Shown here: in pieces, positions 43,110 to 59,524 of the stretch | How the letters are laid out: every line of letters begins with the position of its first letter | Position numbering within the stretch: position 1 is the stretch's first letter | Source: the human T2T-CHM13v2.0 reference genome, Homo sapiens | DNA length: 64,000 nt | Direction: 5' to 3' (one strand) | Assembly (NCBI RefSeq): GCF_009914755.1 | Contig: NC_060926.1 | The notes under the pieces: model-generated | Database searches by the model: none | What the model saw: only the letters and a program-made list of their open reading frames with translations | Told to the model about the DNA's origin: nothing | Made by a program: the position numbers and the translations under genes

Positions 43110-46100
43110 GGCATATAATGCCAAATTATCCTACCAAATCAAGAATGTTTGTGAATTATCCTCTAGAGAATAGAAGAGGGAAAATGTCCAAATTCATTCT
43201 AATGAATCCAGTATAATATTGACACCAAAACGAGGCAATAAAAGTCTAAGAAAGAAAATGAGAGATGAATTTTACTTATGATTTGGATGCAGAAAATCTC
43301 CCCCAAATACTAATACATTTAACTAAGCAGTACATTAAAAAATACATTCTGACCATGCATAATTAATCTTACAAAAGCAAGAATGCTTCAATATTAGAAA
43401 TGCTGTTATAATAATATATGATTAATAGATTAATAAAGAAATTTACATGATTATCTCAGTAGAAGCAGCAAAAGTAAATATGATTCAACACTGTTTTATA
43501 TACTAAAAATGAAAGCTCTTAGCAGATAGCATAGCAAACAAAATATGCTACTTCTGTTGTTTTCTATGTCTACCTCATACTCATTCCTAAACCCCTTTTT
43601 CCTACCCACTTCTCACTATTGAGACTGTAAAATCTTGGTGAATCAAATGGGTGATATGGACAAAAAAGACTGGAAAAGCCAACTACTCACTTTTCCAGCT
43701 TCTGTTGTGTTAACAATGGGCAGATGGCTCAGGCCAGGCCAATGAGGTATAAGGATAATTCTGATGGCAAGGAAATGACTTTCCTCCGTAATAAAAGAAG
43801 AGATGGGTGATTCATTTTTATGTGCCGTGGCTACAGTCTGTTTCCTCCCTATGACCATAATTGTATGTGGATATGATGCTTGGAATATGCCATAAAGGAA
43901 TGTCAGACATCTTGATCCAGGGAAGCTCCTGCCCCTGGAACCACCAATTTTCAAATTATTTCTGTATATCATAACTAAGTATTTTTATTGCAAATGTAAA
44001 CGTTAGATATTCTTACTTTTGGTCAAAAGCATTTCTAATTGATACAGAATGAAATTTCCTTAATCTAAGAAAGGGTGTCTATTCAAATTCTCCCAACTAT
44101 CATACTTATTGATAATAGGTTAGAAGTTTACCACTTAGGAATGAAAATGATGCCATTTATAACTTTTTCTATTCAATGTAATACTACAAGTGCTAGTTTG
44201 TCTAGTAAGATAGAGAAATAAAGTTATACAAATTATGAAGGAAAAGGAAAAAAAGTCTTTAATTTTCCACAATATGATTGCTTTTATAGAAAACTGAAAG
44301 GTATATATATATAAATAAATTAATAGAACTACTCAGAGAATTTTGAAATTTTACTAGATTTTAGGTAAACTAAAAAAATTACATAACTACTATCCACTAA
44401 AATGAAATTGATAAATATAATAATATTACATAATAGTGGTAAAGTACTCATGAATAGCTCTAAAATGTCTTAATACTTTTAAGGGGATATTTTTGAAATA
44501 TTCCTGAAGTACATAAGACTTGAATAAAAGGAGAAATACACAAAGTTTAGGAATTAAAAACTCTTAAAGAAGCACCAATTTACCTCAAATAAATATATAT
44601 TTTCAATGCAACCTCTATTCAAGACCTAAAGGGATTTATTCAGGGTCTTGATAACTCCTCATGAAACTCATATGATGGTACAAAAGGCCAAGAATAGCTG
44701 AGACAATTTTGAGAAAGAAGAGATAGAGGGACTTTATCACACTTGTTTAACAACTTATTAATTATGAGCATATAATATAGAAATTGCTTGAAGTTGGGCA
44801 AATAGAAAAATTGGGGAATTTTAAGGAAGTCTAAACATCTATGTAGAAACAATATATTTCAGACTTTTCATTAAAACTGTTGGGAAAGAATGAACAAATA
44901 TATAAATAGTTCTGGGAAAATTAGTTATCCATATGAAAAACAACTGGAATTCCATTTCATCCAGAATAAACAATTAGGTGGCTGAAAAGGTAAAAATGGA
45001 AAGGCAGACCTTTGACCTTTTTAATAGAAATTATGAGAAAATATTTTCATAATCTTGGGCTAAGGAATGATTTATTAAGTTACAAAACAGAATAAATACT
45101 AAAGAAAAAAGATGGTTAAATTAACTCTATTAAAATTAAATTTCTGGTCTTCAAGAGACATCATTACCAAAAATAGAATACATGCTATAGGTTGAGAGAA
45201 AAATATCTGAAATGTCTTAAAGTATCTAAAATATATCTGACAAAGAATTAGGATCTAGAGTTAAGGAAGGATACCTACAAATGAGGGAGGATATAAGTAA
45301 TAATACAACAGATAAGTGAGCAAAGGAGAGGAAGAGGGACCAGAAAGAGAAACTCAATCTACGCATATGAATATTCTCAATCTCACTGATTCTTTGGGGA
45401 AATGCAAATAAAAAACTGAAATTCCTTTCAAAACCATGGAATTTGAAAAATTAAAATCTAGTTTTACAATTCAATTAGTTGATAAGGATGTGGAGCAATG
45501 AAAATTCTCATTTATGCTAGTAGGAGTGTTCACTGAGGAGATTGCAGTAGAATTTAGCACAGTACAGCAATGTGTGTTATGGCCTTAACCCTCACACTAT
45601 TTATACATCCTAGAGAAAGTTCTTATAGCACAGGATAGCAAGTAAGATGTTCATGGCAATGCTGCTTGTCATAGTGAAGACTAAAAATACCTAAATGTCC
45701 ATTAAAAAGAACAGATAAATGTTATGACTTCACAGAATACTATAAATGGTTCAGATGAATGAACGAGAACTATGTTATGACACCTCAAAAACAGAATACT
45801 GAGCATAAAAATCAAGTGTCCTAATGATGGGCAAATTACACTATTTAAGTAAAGTTTGAAAACAGGAAGAACCCTTCTGTATAATGTTTCTGTATATATA
45901 CATGAGTAATCATAGATTGAAAACATGCATGAGAATGATGAATACCGGCTTCAAGACAATGTTCACTCAGGGGAAAAATAAAGGAAGAGGACTGGGGAGA
46001 AATGCTTAGAAACTTCAATTATCTGAAACATTTTATTTAAGCTGAGAGTGTGTTACTTGGAATTTTATTAAATTATTTGAGATTTTGTATCCCTGAAATG

Positions 46101-46110
46101 TTTCACAAGG
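43110..46110 (+). mobile_element. Degenerate L1ME-like ORF2/3'UTR, with a probable MLT1 insert at ~43530-44047
   Basis: A-rich sense L1 ORF2 remnants (ggccaagaatagc...ttttgagaaagaag, gaaatgcaaataaaa, cctaaatgtccatta). Confidence 0.65.
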
Positions 46111-46872
46111 ATCTATTATCTTTCCCTCCTTCCCTACATCGACTTATCTACCTATCTGATGCACATATGTCAGAATAGATAACAGATCTGTAAGTTTTAT
46201 GTTATTCTGTCTACTTTGCTAAATATTTTAAACATTTAGTTTTCTAAACAGTTACAGTTGCTGCTGTCTGGATAATCCCTCGGGATAATATGGGGTGTGA
46301 GATGCCACTGAGCCTTACTACAGTAGCATACGAATGAAAATAGTGAATCTGAAGAACATTTTGAAAGTTGTATGGATACCTGTAGAAACTGAAAGTAAAC
46401 GTTTAGGAAAAGGCTGATACATCATGTTTCTGCCATGAGTCTCTGAGGGAATAATGAAATAAGTGACTTCTATTGCCAGAAAACACATGTGGAAAGGCTC
46501 AGGCTGATGGTGGGGGAAAGGTGAGGCCCTATTTCTCTGAATTTTAATATTCATAGTTTATATTTCTTGAAACATTCCTTGATGTGTTGTATATCCTTTT
46601 AAGTGCATTCTGTTGTTACAGAGTTCATCAGAAGGTGTTTGTAGCTTGGCTCCTTCTGAAGATCCCAAGGTAAAATTTTCTGTTTATAAAACATGAAGGC
46701 TCTTACAAATGGTCTATACAAATTATTAATATAATGAACTGGCCTGCATGAAGTGGTCTAGGAAAGATCCATTACTTGATTCTTCCTGTAACAGCGTGGG
46801 CTTTGAGCTGTGGAAATGCTGATTGGATTGAAACAAGGCTTGCAGCGAGAATCATCTGTTAGAAAAAAGATG

Positions 46873-47645
46873 TTGTTTGAGTTCATTGTAGATTCTGGAC
46901 ATTAGCCTTTTGTCAGATGAGTAAATTGCAAAAATTTTCTCCCATTCTGTAGGTGGCCTCTTCACTCTGATGGTAGTTTCTTTTGCTGTGCAGAAGCTCT
47001 TTAGTTTAATTAGATCCCATTTGTGAATTTTGGCTTTTGTTGCCATTGCTTTTGGTGTTTTAGACATGAAGTCCTTGCCGATGCCTATGTCCCAAATTTA
47101 CAAGAAAAAAACAAACAACCCCATCAAAAAGTGGGCAAAGGACATGAACAGACACTTCTCAAAAGAAGACATTTATGCAGCCAAAAGACACATGAAAAAA
47201 TGCTCATCATCACTGTCCATTAGAGAAATGCAAATCAAAACCACAATGAGATACCATCTCACACCAGTTAGAATGGCTATCATTAAAAAGTCAGGAAACA
47301 ACAGGTGCTGGAGAGGATGTGGAGAAATAGGAACACTTTTACACTGTTGGTGGGACTGTAAACTAGTTCAACCATTGTGGAAGACAGTGTGGCGATTCCT
47401 CAGGGATCTAGAACTAGAAATACCATTTGACCCAGCCATCCCATTACTGGGTATATACCCAAAGGATTATAAATCATGCTGCTATGAAGACACATGCACA
47501 CGTATGTTTATTGCAGCACTATTCACAATAGCAAAGACTTGGAACCAACCCAAATGTCCAACAATGATAGACTGGATTAAGAAAATGTGGCACATATCTA
47601 CCATGGAATACTATGCAGCCATAAAAAATGGTGAGTTCATGTCCT
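46873..47645 (+). mobile_element. 5'-inverted L1PA3-5-like fragment lacking its 3' end
   Basis: Antisense 46873-47092, sense 47093-47645; the two parts are contiguous in L1 coordinates; ends at gagttcatgtcct with no 3'UTR or poly(A). Confidence 0.92.
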
Positions 47646-47780
47646 AGAAAAAGTACAGCCTGACAAAAAATAACCTCTTGAGCCCCTCCCCATCTCACTT
47701 ATAAAGTGACAGATAATCTCACACCTGCCAGGCCCTTCTGCTTGCCTTTTACATACTTATATACAGTTTATTCTTCCAGA

Positions 47781-47978
47781 GCAAGATTTCTCAACCTTGG
47801 TGCTATTGATTTTGGGCTGGGTAATTCTTTGTTTCTGGGCCTGTCTTGTGCTTGCCTCAATCAAATAGATGCCAGTAGTATCCACCCACACAGTTGTGAC
47901 AACTCAAACCCAAAATGTCTCCAAATATTGCCAAATGTCCCCTGGGAGGGCAAAATTGCTTCTGGTTGAGAATAACTG
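47781..47978 (-). mobile_element. MER20 DNA transposon
   Basis: caagatttctcaaccttggtgctattga...aaaatgtctccaaatattgccaaatgtcccctggg...ggttgagaataactg. Confidence 0.88.
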
Positions 47979-50134
47979 TTCTAAAGATAGGCTTACATGG
48001 GCCACTAAAGGGAAAAATGGTGAATGAACTTTAATTCTGCAACCTCACTAATATTTGGATTAGGCTTTCATGCATATAAATATATTTGGGGTTATACTAA
48101 AAAACTCATGATGTAGGGACCTTTATTAACAGAAGTATTCTGTCACGGGACTCACCTTCTGTGTTCTGACTCTGACAGCAATGTCAATATGTGAACCACT
48201 TTTCCATGCTGGAGGCTGAAAATACTGCCGTGAATGAAAAACAGTTTCTTCTCTGAAAGAGAAGGCACTCCTGGGACTTTATGTAAATCCTTGACCAAAA
48301 TGAAACTTAACATAGATCAGCATTAACTGTGTACCCTACATCAGTGATGAACATTACTACTGGCATTCATTAATGAAAGACGTCACATGTGTGTATATTT
48401 ATTACTATGAATAAGAATATTCCTTGCTCTGCTCTTCTTGTATCATTATTAAAGGATGAATAATACCCAGAGAGGTGGTTAAAGCTACTTAATTGGGATA
48501 TGAATAAATGAAATGTTTAATTAAGAAGGCCAAATGCCAAGGATTTGAATTAGTTTAATGCTTTTCTAGGACTTGACATAATACATTACTGGTGGCTAGC
48601 CTTTACAAAATGCTTTGCTTTGAGACACAGGGTTAATTGTTAAGCTTTGGCTTAAAACAATCCAATCTATTATCACTTTGTTTTATATTTTTTGTTTTTT
48701 TTCATTGCTTAAATTTGTAGAGAGGAATCCTTATTTTAATAAAGTGTTTCCTACCTTAGGATATTCCAAACCTTTATTATTCACAAATGCTCTTATTTGA
48801 TTCCAAGTTCCATATATTTTAATATACTCTGCAGCTACAAGATTGAAATGATTTCTAAATTGGCATCTTTCAGTTTTTTCAGTGGCTTGCACAAATTAAG
48901 AAAATGTTATTCTGCTTATCAGGAGTGAGCTGGTTGTAGCTTGTGATATTTGTGCTGGTCTTTAAAATATCAGCCATAGAATCATTTATTGTCCAATCAA
49001 ATAAATTGGAATGCTTCTAACACTGGCTGAATTTTCAGGCTTTTTTTGTGAAATAAAATAATAAAGGATAGAATAGTAATAAAAACCAATTGTACTGATG
49101 CATGACATACATTTGCATTGCTCAGATTTGTTCTGCTTCTCATTCCTCCAACTATTTCCCAAAAAAGCCATCCAAAGTAGAAACTTGGTAAGTTTTTTAA
49201 AATAAAGCTTATGGACAATACTCCTTAAAAAGATAATATTTTTTAAAAAAATTTGAGGCATGTATTTTAGAATTCTTTGAATACTCTGAAATAAAAGAAC
49301 AGGTAGAATCATATTTTTTAGAACAGATAGTGATTTTATGGGTAATTCAACACAAAGTTTTCATTTTACTTATGAGGATACTGAAATTAAGATAGGTTAA
49401 TTGACTTACAAAAGGTCTCCCAGATAGAATAGGCATAATAAAGAATTACTAATTCCTAATCTATTGATATTGGTTTTCTTGCACATGACCTTTCTACATG
49501 AACTTCAGGGTTATCTTTTCTGAATATTATTATGTGTTTTAAAGTCAGGGATACAGAAGGCTAAAATAATATTTTCTTCACAGCCAAAAGTTTTGTGTAT
49601 CAGTTTTAAGGGTTATTTTAATGGTCCTTGATATATTATGACATTTGGAGATTCACATGCACATCACAAGTGCAATTGGACACAGGTTAGTTGTATGACC
49701 CAAGTGTTCAACTAGAATTGGATTCCTTTCTGTCTCTAAAGGTATACATTTTGAGATTTATAGAAAGAAAATACCTTTAGCATTGTTTGTACATCCACCA
49801 ATAAAGTTTTTTAAAAATATAATTTAATCTTAATGTTTCAATTCTGAGGAGTGGGCACATGGGGTTTGTTAAATTGTTCTGTGTAGTTTTTGTTTTGTTT
49901 TCAAGTAAATTAATTTTGTAAAGTCAAAAAAGTGAAATTATATGTTAAAATATTTTTGCTATAATAAAGCCAGTATTGCTCAATAGAATATTGTCTTCTT
50001 ATAATATATGTTCAGTATAACTTCAAGGGATAGAAACTTGCTACTATGAACATTCTTAGAAAAAATAATTCTGTAACAATATAGTAACATCAGTAACAAT
50101 TTAAACATTAGGTCTCTCCCCCTTATGGTGGTAT

Positions 50135-51300
50135 ACAGTGTATATAAGGAGGTATCTCATTGTGATTTTGATTTACATTGCCATCATGACTAAAGATGTT
50201 GAGCATCTTTTCATGTGCTTTTTTGACATTTGTATATAATGTATTCAAATTTCTTGCCCATTCTAAAATTGGGTTATTCCACTCCTAGATATATGACCAA
50301 TAGTAAGTTTAAAACATCATGAAAAATTTTGAATATAATGTTCATATTAGCTTTATCCATAATAGCCAAAAGAGAAAACAATCCAAATATCCATTAACTG
50401 AATAATGGATAAACAAAATGTGGTATTGTTTTATTGCCAAACAATATTTCACATATAATGAAATATTGTTTGGCAATAAAAGTAAATTATTATATGTGAA
50501 ATATTGTTGGCAATAAAAGTGAATCAAGTATTGACATATGTTATAACATGGATGAAATTTGAGAGCATGCTAAGTGAAAAAGAAATAAAAAATTATACGA
50601 CTACACATCATATAGTTGTGTTTATATAAAATTGTTGGAATAGGCAAGTCAACAGAGACAAAGTAGATTAGTAGTTGCCTAGGGCTAGGAAGAGAGGGAA
50701 GTGGGGTATAACACTAAAGTGTATATTTTTTTGTGGTGGGGGGGTGGTGAAAATATTCTAAAATTAGATAACTGTGGTTGTCACATGGCTTCGTGAATGT
50801 ATTCATTTGTTCTCACACTGCTAATAAAGACATACCTGAGACTGGATAATTTATAAAGGAAAGAGATTTAATTAACTCACATTTCAGCATGGCTGGGGAG
50901 GCCTCAGGAAACTTATAATCATGGAGGTAGGGGAAACAAACACATCCTTCGTCACATGGTGACAGCAAGAAGTGCCAAGCAAAAGGGGGAAAAGCTCCTT
51001 ATAAAACCATCAGATATCGTGAGAACTCACTCGATATCAGGAGAACAGCGTTAGTGTAATCACCCCCATGATTAAATTACCTCTCACCAGTTCCCTCCCA
51101 CAACAAGTGGGTATTATGGGAACTATATTTCAAGATGAGATATGGGTTGGATCATAGTGAAAGCATATCAGCGAATATCGTAAAAAATTGAATTGTAAAC
51201 TTTTTTAGTATATGTGCTGCCAAAGAGAGGCATGAACTGTAAGTTTTAATAGGATAGATTTTATAGTATATGAGTTATATTTCAATAAAACTGTTTGAAA
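50135..51300 (+). mobile_element. L1MB-like 3' fragment with a short inverted 5' part (~50135-50276 minus)
   Basis: Antisense ggtatctcattgtgattttg...gcccattctaaaattgggtt joined to sense attccactcctagatatat...; 3'UTR to tcaataaaactg. Confidence 0.75.
50798..51170 (-). mobile_element. THE1 (C/D-like) solo LTR inside the L1MB
   Basis: tgtattc...catatca; TSD gtgaa (50793-50797) / gcgaa (51171-51175). Confidence 0.92.
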
Positions 51301-53286
51301 AAGGAAAAAACTATATAATTATTATAAAAATAATACAATTTTCTTCTTTAATAGTTTACCAATTAATAAAAATGAGAATTTTTTTTTTATTATTATACCT
51401 TAAGTTCTAGGGTACATGTACACAACGTGCAGGTTTGTTACATAGGTATACATGTGCCATGTTGGTTTGCTGCACCCATCAACTTGTCATTTACATTAGG
51501 TATTTCTCCTAAAGCTATTCCTCTCCCAGTTCCCCCACCCCCTGAAAGTCCCAGTGTGTGATGTTCCCCGCCCCGTGTCCATGTGTTCTCGTTGTTCAAC
51601 TCCCACCTATGAGTGAGAACATGTGGTGTTTGGTTTTCTGTTCTTGTGATAGTTTGCTTAGAATGATGGTTTCCAGCTTCATCCATGACCCTGCAAAGGA
51701 CATGAACTCATCCTTTTTTATAGCTGCATAGTATTCCATGGTGTATATGTGCCACATTTTCTTAATCCAGTCTATCATTGGTGGACATTTGGGTTGGTTC
51801 CAAGTCTTTGCAATTGTGAATAGTGCCGCGATAAACATACATGTGCATGTGTCTTTATAGTAGCATGATTTATAATCCTTTGGGTATATACCCTGTAATG
51901 GGATGGCTGGTCAAATGGTATTTCTAGTTCTAGATCCTTGAGGAATCATCACACTGTCTTCCACAATGGTTGAACTAATTTACAGTCCCACCAACAGTGT
52001 AAAACTGTTCCCATTTCTCCACATCCTTTCCAGCACCTGTTGGTTCCTGACTTTTTAATGATTGCCATTCTAACTCCTCTGAGATGGTATGTCATTGTGG
52101 TTTTGATTTGCATTTCTCTAATGAGCAGTGATGGTAAGCATTTTTCCATATGTCTTTTGGCTGCATAAGTGTCTTCTTATGAGAAGTGTCTGTTCATATC
52201 CTTTGCCCACTTTTTGATGGGGTTGCTTTTTTCTTGTAAATTCGTTTAAGTTATTTGTAGATTCTGGATATTAGCTCTTGTCAGATGGGTGGATTGCAAA
52301 GATTTTCTCCCATTCTGTAGGTTGCCTGTACACTCTTATGATAATTTCTTTTGCTGTGCAGAAACTCTTTGGTTTAATTAGCTCCCACTTGTCTATGTTG
52401 GCTTTTGTTGCCATTGCTTTTCGTGTTTTAGTCATGAAGTCTTTGCCCATGCCTATGTCCTGATTGGTATTGCCTGGGTTTTCTTCTAGGGTTTTTATGG
52501 TGTTAGGTCTTACATTTAAGTCTTTAATCCATCTTGAATTAATTTTTGTATATGGTGTAAGGAAGAGATCCAGTTTCAGCTTTCTACATATGACTAGCCA
52601 GTTTTCCCAGCACCATTTTTTAAATAGGGAATCCTTTGTTCATTGCTTGTTTTTGTCAGGTTTGTCAAAGATCAGATGGCTGTAGATGTGTGGTGTTATT
52701 TCTGAGGTCTTTCTTCTGTTCCATTGATCTATATATTTGTTTTGGTACTAGTACCATGCTGTTTTGGTTACTGTAGTCTTGTAGTATAGTTTGAAGTCAG
52801 GTAGCATGATGCCTCCACCTTTGTTCTTTTTGCTTAGGATTGTCTTGTCTTTGTGGGCTCTTATTTGGTTCCATATGAAGTTTAAAGTAGTTTTTTCTAA
52901 TTGTGTGAAGAAAGTCAATGGTAGCTTGATGGGGATAGCATTGAGTATACAAATTAGGTTGAGCAATATGGCCATTTACACAATACTGATTCTTCCTATC
53001 CATGAGAATGGAATGTTCTTCTATATGTTTGTGTCCTCTTTTATTTCATTGAGCAGTGATTTGTAGTTCTCTGTGAAGTGGTCCTTCACATCGCTTGTAA
53101 GTTGGATTCCCAGGTATTTTACTCTCTTTGTAGTAATTGTGAATGGGAGCTCACTCATGATTTGGCTCTCTATTATTGGTGTATAGGAATGCTTGTGATT
53201 TTTGCACATTTATTTTGTATCCTGAGGCTTTGCTGGAGTTGCTTATCAGCTTAAGGAGATACTGGGCTGAGATGATGGGGTTTTCT

Positions 53287-56089
<2,803 letters not shown>

Positions 56090-57927
56090 TTACAATGCTA
56101 TGTTGAAAAGGAGTGGTGAGAGAGGGCATCCGTGTCTTGTGCTGGTTTTCAAAGGGAATGCTTCCAGTTTTTGCCCATTCAGTAAGATATTGGCTGTGGG
56201 TTTGTCATAAATAGCTCTTATTATTTTGAGATACGTTCCATCAATACCTAGTTTATTGAGAGTTTTTAGCATGAAGGGCTGTTGAATTTTGTGGAATGCC
56301 TTTTCTGCATCTGTTGAGGTAATCATATGGTTTCTGTCTTTGGTTCTGTTTAGTGATGGATTACGTTTATTGATTTGCATACGTTGAACCAGCCCTGCAT
56401 CCCAGGGATGTAGCCAACTTGATTGTTGTGGTTAAGCTTTTTGATGTGCTGCTGGATTTGGTTTGCCAGGAAGGCTATCAATTATTGCCTCAATTCCAGA
56501 GCCTGTTATTGGTCTATTCAGAGATTCAAATTTTTCATGGTTTAGTCTTGGGAAGGTGTATGTGTCCAGGAGTTTATCCATTTCTTCTAGATTTTCTAGT
56601 TTATTTGCATAGAGGTGTTTATATTATTCTCTGATGGTAGTTTGTATTTCTGTGGGATCGGTGGTGATATCCCCTTTATCATTTTTTATTGCATCTTTTT
56701 GATTCTTCTCTCTTTTCTTCTTTATTAGTGTTGCTAGTGGTCTATCTATTTTGTTAATCTTTTCAGAAAACCAGCTCCTGGACTCATTGATTTTTTGAAG
56801 GTTTTTTTGTGTCTCTATCTCCTTCATTTCTGCTCTTATCTTAATTATTTCTTGCCTTCTGCTAGCTCTTGATTTTGTTAGCTCTTGCTTCTCTTGTTCT
56901 TTTAATTGTGATGCTAGGGTGTCGATTTTAGATCTTTCCTGCTTTCTCTTGTGGGCATTTAGTGCTATAAATTTCCCTCTACACACTGCTTTAAATGTAT
57001 CCCAGAGATTCTGGTACATTGTGTCTTTGTTCTCATTGGTTTCAAAGAACATCTTTATTTCTGCCTTCATTTTGTTATTTACCCAGTAGTCATTCTGGAG
57101 CAGGTTATTCAGTTTCCATGTAGTTGTGCAGTTTTGAGTGAGTGTCTTAATCCTGAGTTCTAATTTGATTGCATTGTGGTCTAAGAGACAGTTTGTTGTG
57201 ATTTCTATTATTTACATTTGCTGAGAAGTGTTTTTCTACCAATTATGTGGTCAATTTTAGAATATGTGCAATGTGGTGCTGAGAAGAATGTATATTCTGT
57301 TGATTTGGGGTGCAGAGTTCTGTAGATGTCTGTTAGGTCTGCTTGGTCCAGAGCTGAATTCAAGTCCTGGATATCCTTGTTAACCTTCTGTCTTGTTGAT
57401 CTGTCTAATATTGACAGTGGGGTGTTAAAGCCTCCCGTTATTATTGTGTGGGAGTCTAAGTTTCTTTGTATGTCTCTCAGGACTTGCTTTATGAATCTGG
57501 GTGCTCCTGTATTGGGTGCATATACATTTAGGATAGTTAGCTCTTCTTGTTGAATTGATCCTTTTACCATTATGTAATGGCCTTCTTTGTCTCTTTTGAT
57601 CTTTGTTGGTTTAAAGTCTGTTTTATCAGAGACTAGGATTGCAACCCCTGCCTTTTTTTGTTTTCCATTTGCTTGGTAGATCTTCCTCCATCCCTTTATT
57701 TTGAGCCTATGTGCATCTTTGCACATGAGATGGGTTTCCTAAATACAGCACACCAATAGGTCTTGATTCTTTATCCAGTTTGTCAGTCTATGTATTTTAA
57801 TTGGGACATTTAGCCCATTTACATTTAAGGTTAATATTGTTATGTTTGAATTTGATCCTGTCATTATAATGTTTGCTGGTTTTTTTGCCGGTTAACTGAT
57901 GCAGTTTCTTCATAGCATCAATGGTCT

Positions 57928-58941
57928 TTACCATTTGGCATGTGTTTTGCAGTGGCTGGTACCTGTTGTTCCTTTCCATATTTAGTGCTTCCTTCAGGAG
58001 CTTTTGTAAGGCAGGCCTGGTGGTGATAAAATCTCTCAGCATTTGCTTGTCTGTAAAGGATTTTATTTCTCCTTCACTTATGAAGTTTAGTTTGTCTGGG
58101 TTTGAGATTCTGGGTTGAAAATTCTTCTCCTTAAGAATGTTGAATATTGGCCCCCACTGTCTTCTTGCTTGTATGGTTTCTGCCGAGAGATCTGCTGTTA
58201 GTCTGATGGGCTTCCCTTTGTGGGTAACCCCACCTTTCTCTCTGGCTGCCCTTAACATTTTTTCCTTCATTTCAACCTTGGTGAATCCGGCAATTATGTG
58301 TCTTAGGATTGCTCTTCTCAAGGAGTATCTTTGTATTTTCTGAATTTGAATGTTGGCCTCCCTTGCTAGGTTAGGGAAGTTCTCTTGGATAATATCCTGA
58401 AGAGTGTTTTCTAACTTGGTTCCATTCTCCCCATCACTTTCCAGTACACCAATCAAATGTATATTTCGTCTTTTCATATAGTCCCATATTTCTTGGAGGG
58501 TTTGTTCATTTCTTTCACTCTTTTTTCTCTAATCTTGTCTTGTCACTTTATTTTATTAATTTGATCTTCAGTCACTGATATCCTTTCTTCCACTTGATCA
58601 AATTGGGTAATGAAGCTTGTTCATGAGTAACAAAGTTCTCGTGTCGTGGTTTTCAGCTCCATTAGGTCATTTAAGGTCTTCCCTACACTGTTAATTCTAG
58701 TTAGCCATTCCTCTAACATTTTTTCAAGGTTTTTAGCGTCCTTGTGATGGGTTAGAACATGCTCCTTTAGCTCGGAGAAGTTTGTTATTACCAACCTTCT
58801 GAAGCCTACTTCTGTCAACTCGTCAAACTCATTCTCTGTCCAGCTTTGTTCAGTTGCTGGCGAGGAGCTGCAATCCTTTGGAGGAGAAGACGCACTCTGT
58901 TTTTTGCAATTTTCAGCTTTTCTGCTCTGGTTTCTCCCCGT
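57928..58941 (-). pseudogene. ORF1: Disrupted L1 ORF1 of the host element
   Basis: Start codon reads ACG (58939-58941); ORF pieces 57797-58477 and 58621-58818 match ORF1p; 12-bp in-frame deletion (QRTPQRY to QRY). Confidence 0.88.
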
Positions 58942-59524
58942 CTTTGTGGGTTTATCTACCTTTGGTCTTTGATGTTGGTGACCTATAGATTGGGTTTTTG
59001 TGTGGATGTCCTTTTTGTTGATGTTGATGCTGTTCCTTTCTGTTTGTTTTCCTTCTAACAGTCAGACCCCTGAGCTGCAGGTCTGTTTGAGTTTGCAGTA
59101 GGTCCACTCCCGACCCTGTTTGCCTGGATATCACCAGCGGAGGCTGTAGAACAGCAAATATTGCTGCCTGATCCTTCCTCTGGAAGCTTCATCCCAGAGG
59201 GGCACCCGCCTGTTTGAGGTGTCTGTCGGCCACTACTGGGAGGTGTTTCCCAGTCAGGCTACACGGGGGTCGGGGACCCGCTTGAGGAGGCAGTCTGTCC
59301 TTTCTCAGAGCTTGAACGCCGTGCTGAGAGAACCATTGCTCTCTTCAGGGCTGTCAGGGACATTTAAGTCTGCAGAAGCTGTCTGCTGCCTTTTGTTCTA
59401 CTATGCCCTGCCCTCAGAGGTGGAATCTATAGAGGCAGTAGGCCTTGCTGAGCTGTGGTGGGCTCTGCCCAGTTTGTACTTCCAGGCCACTTTGTTTACA
59501 CTGTGAGTTACTCAAGCTTCAGCA

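Noticed and set aside
47050-47095. Inversion junction maps within ~30 nt, in L1 coordinates, of the nested L1 breakpoint
   Set aside because: Different junction types (5' extent versus internal priming site) and only two cases; likely coincidence.
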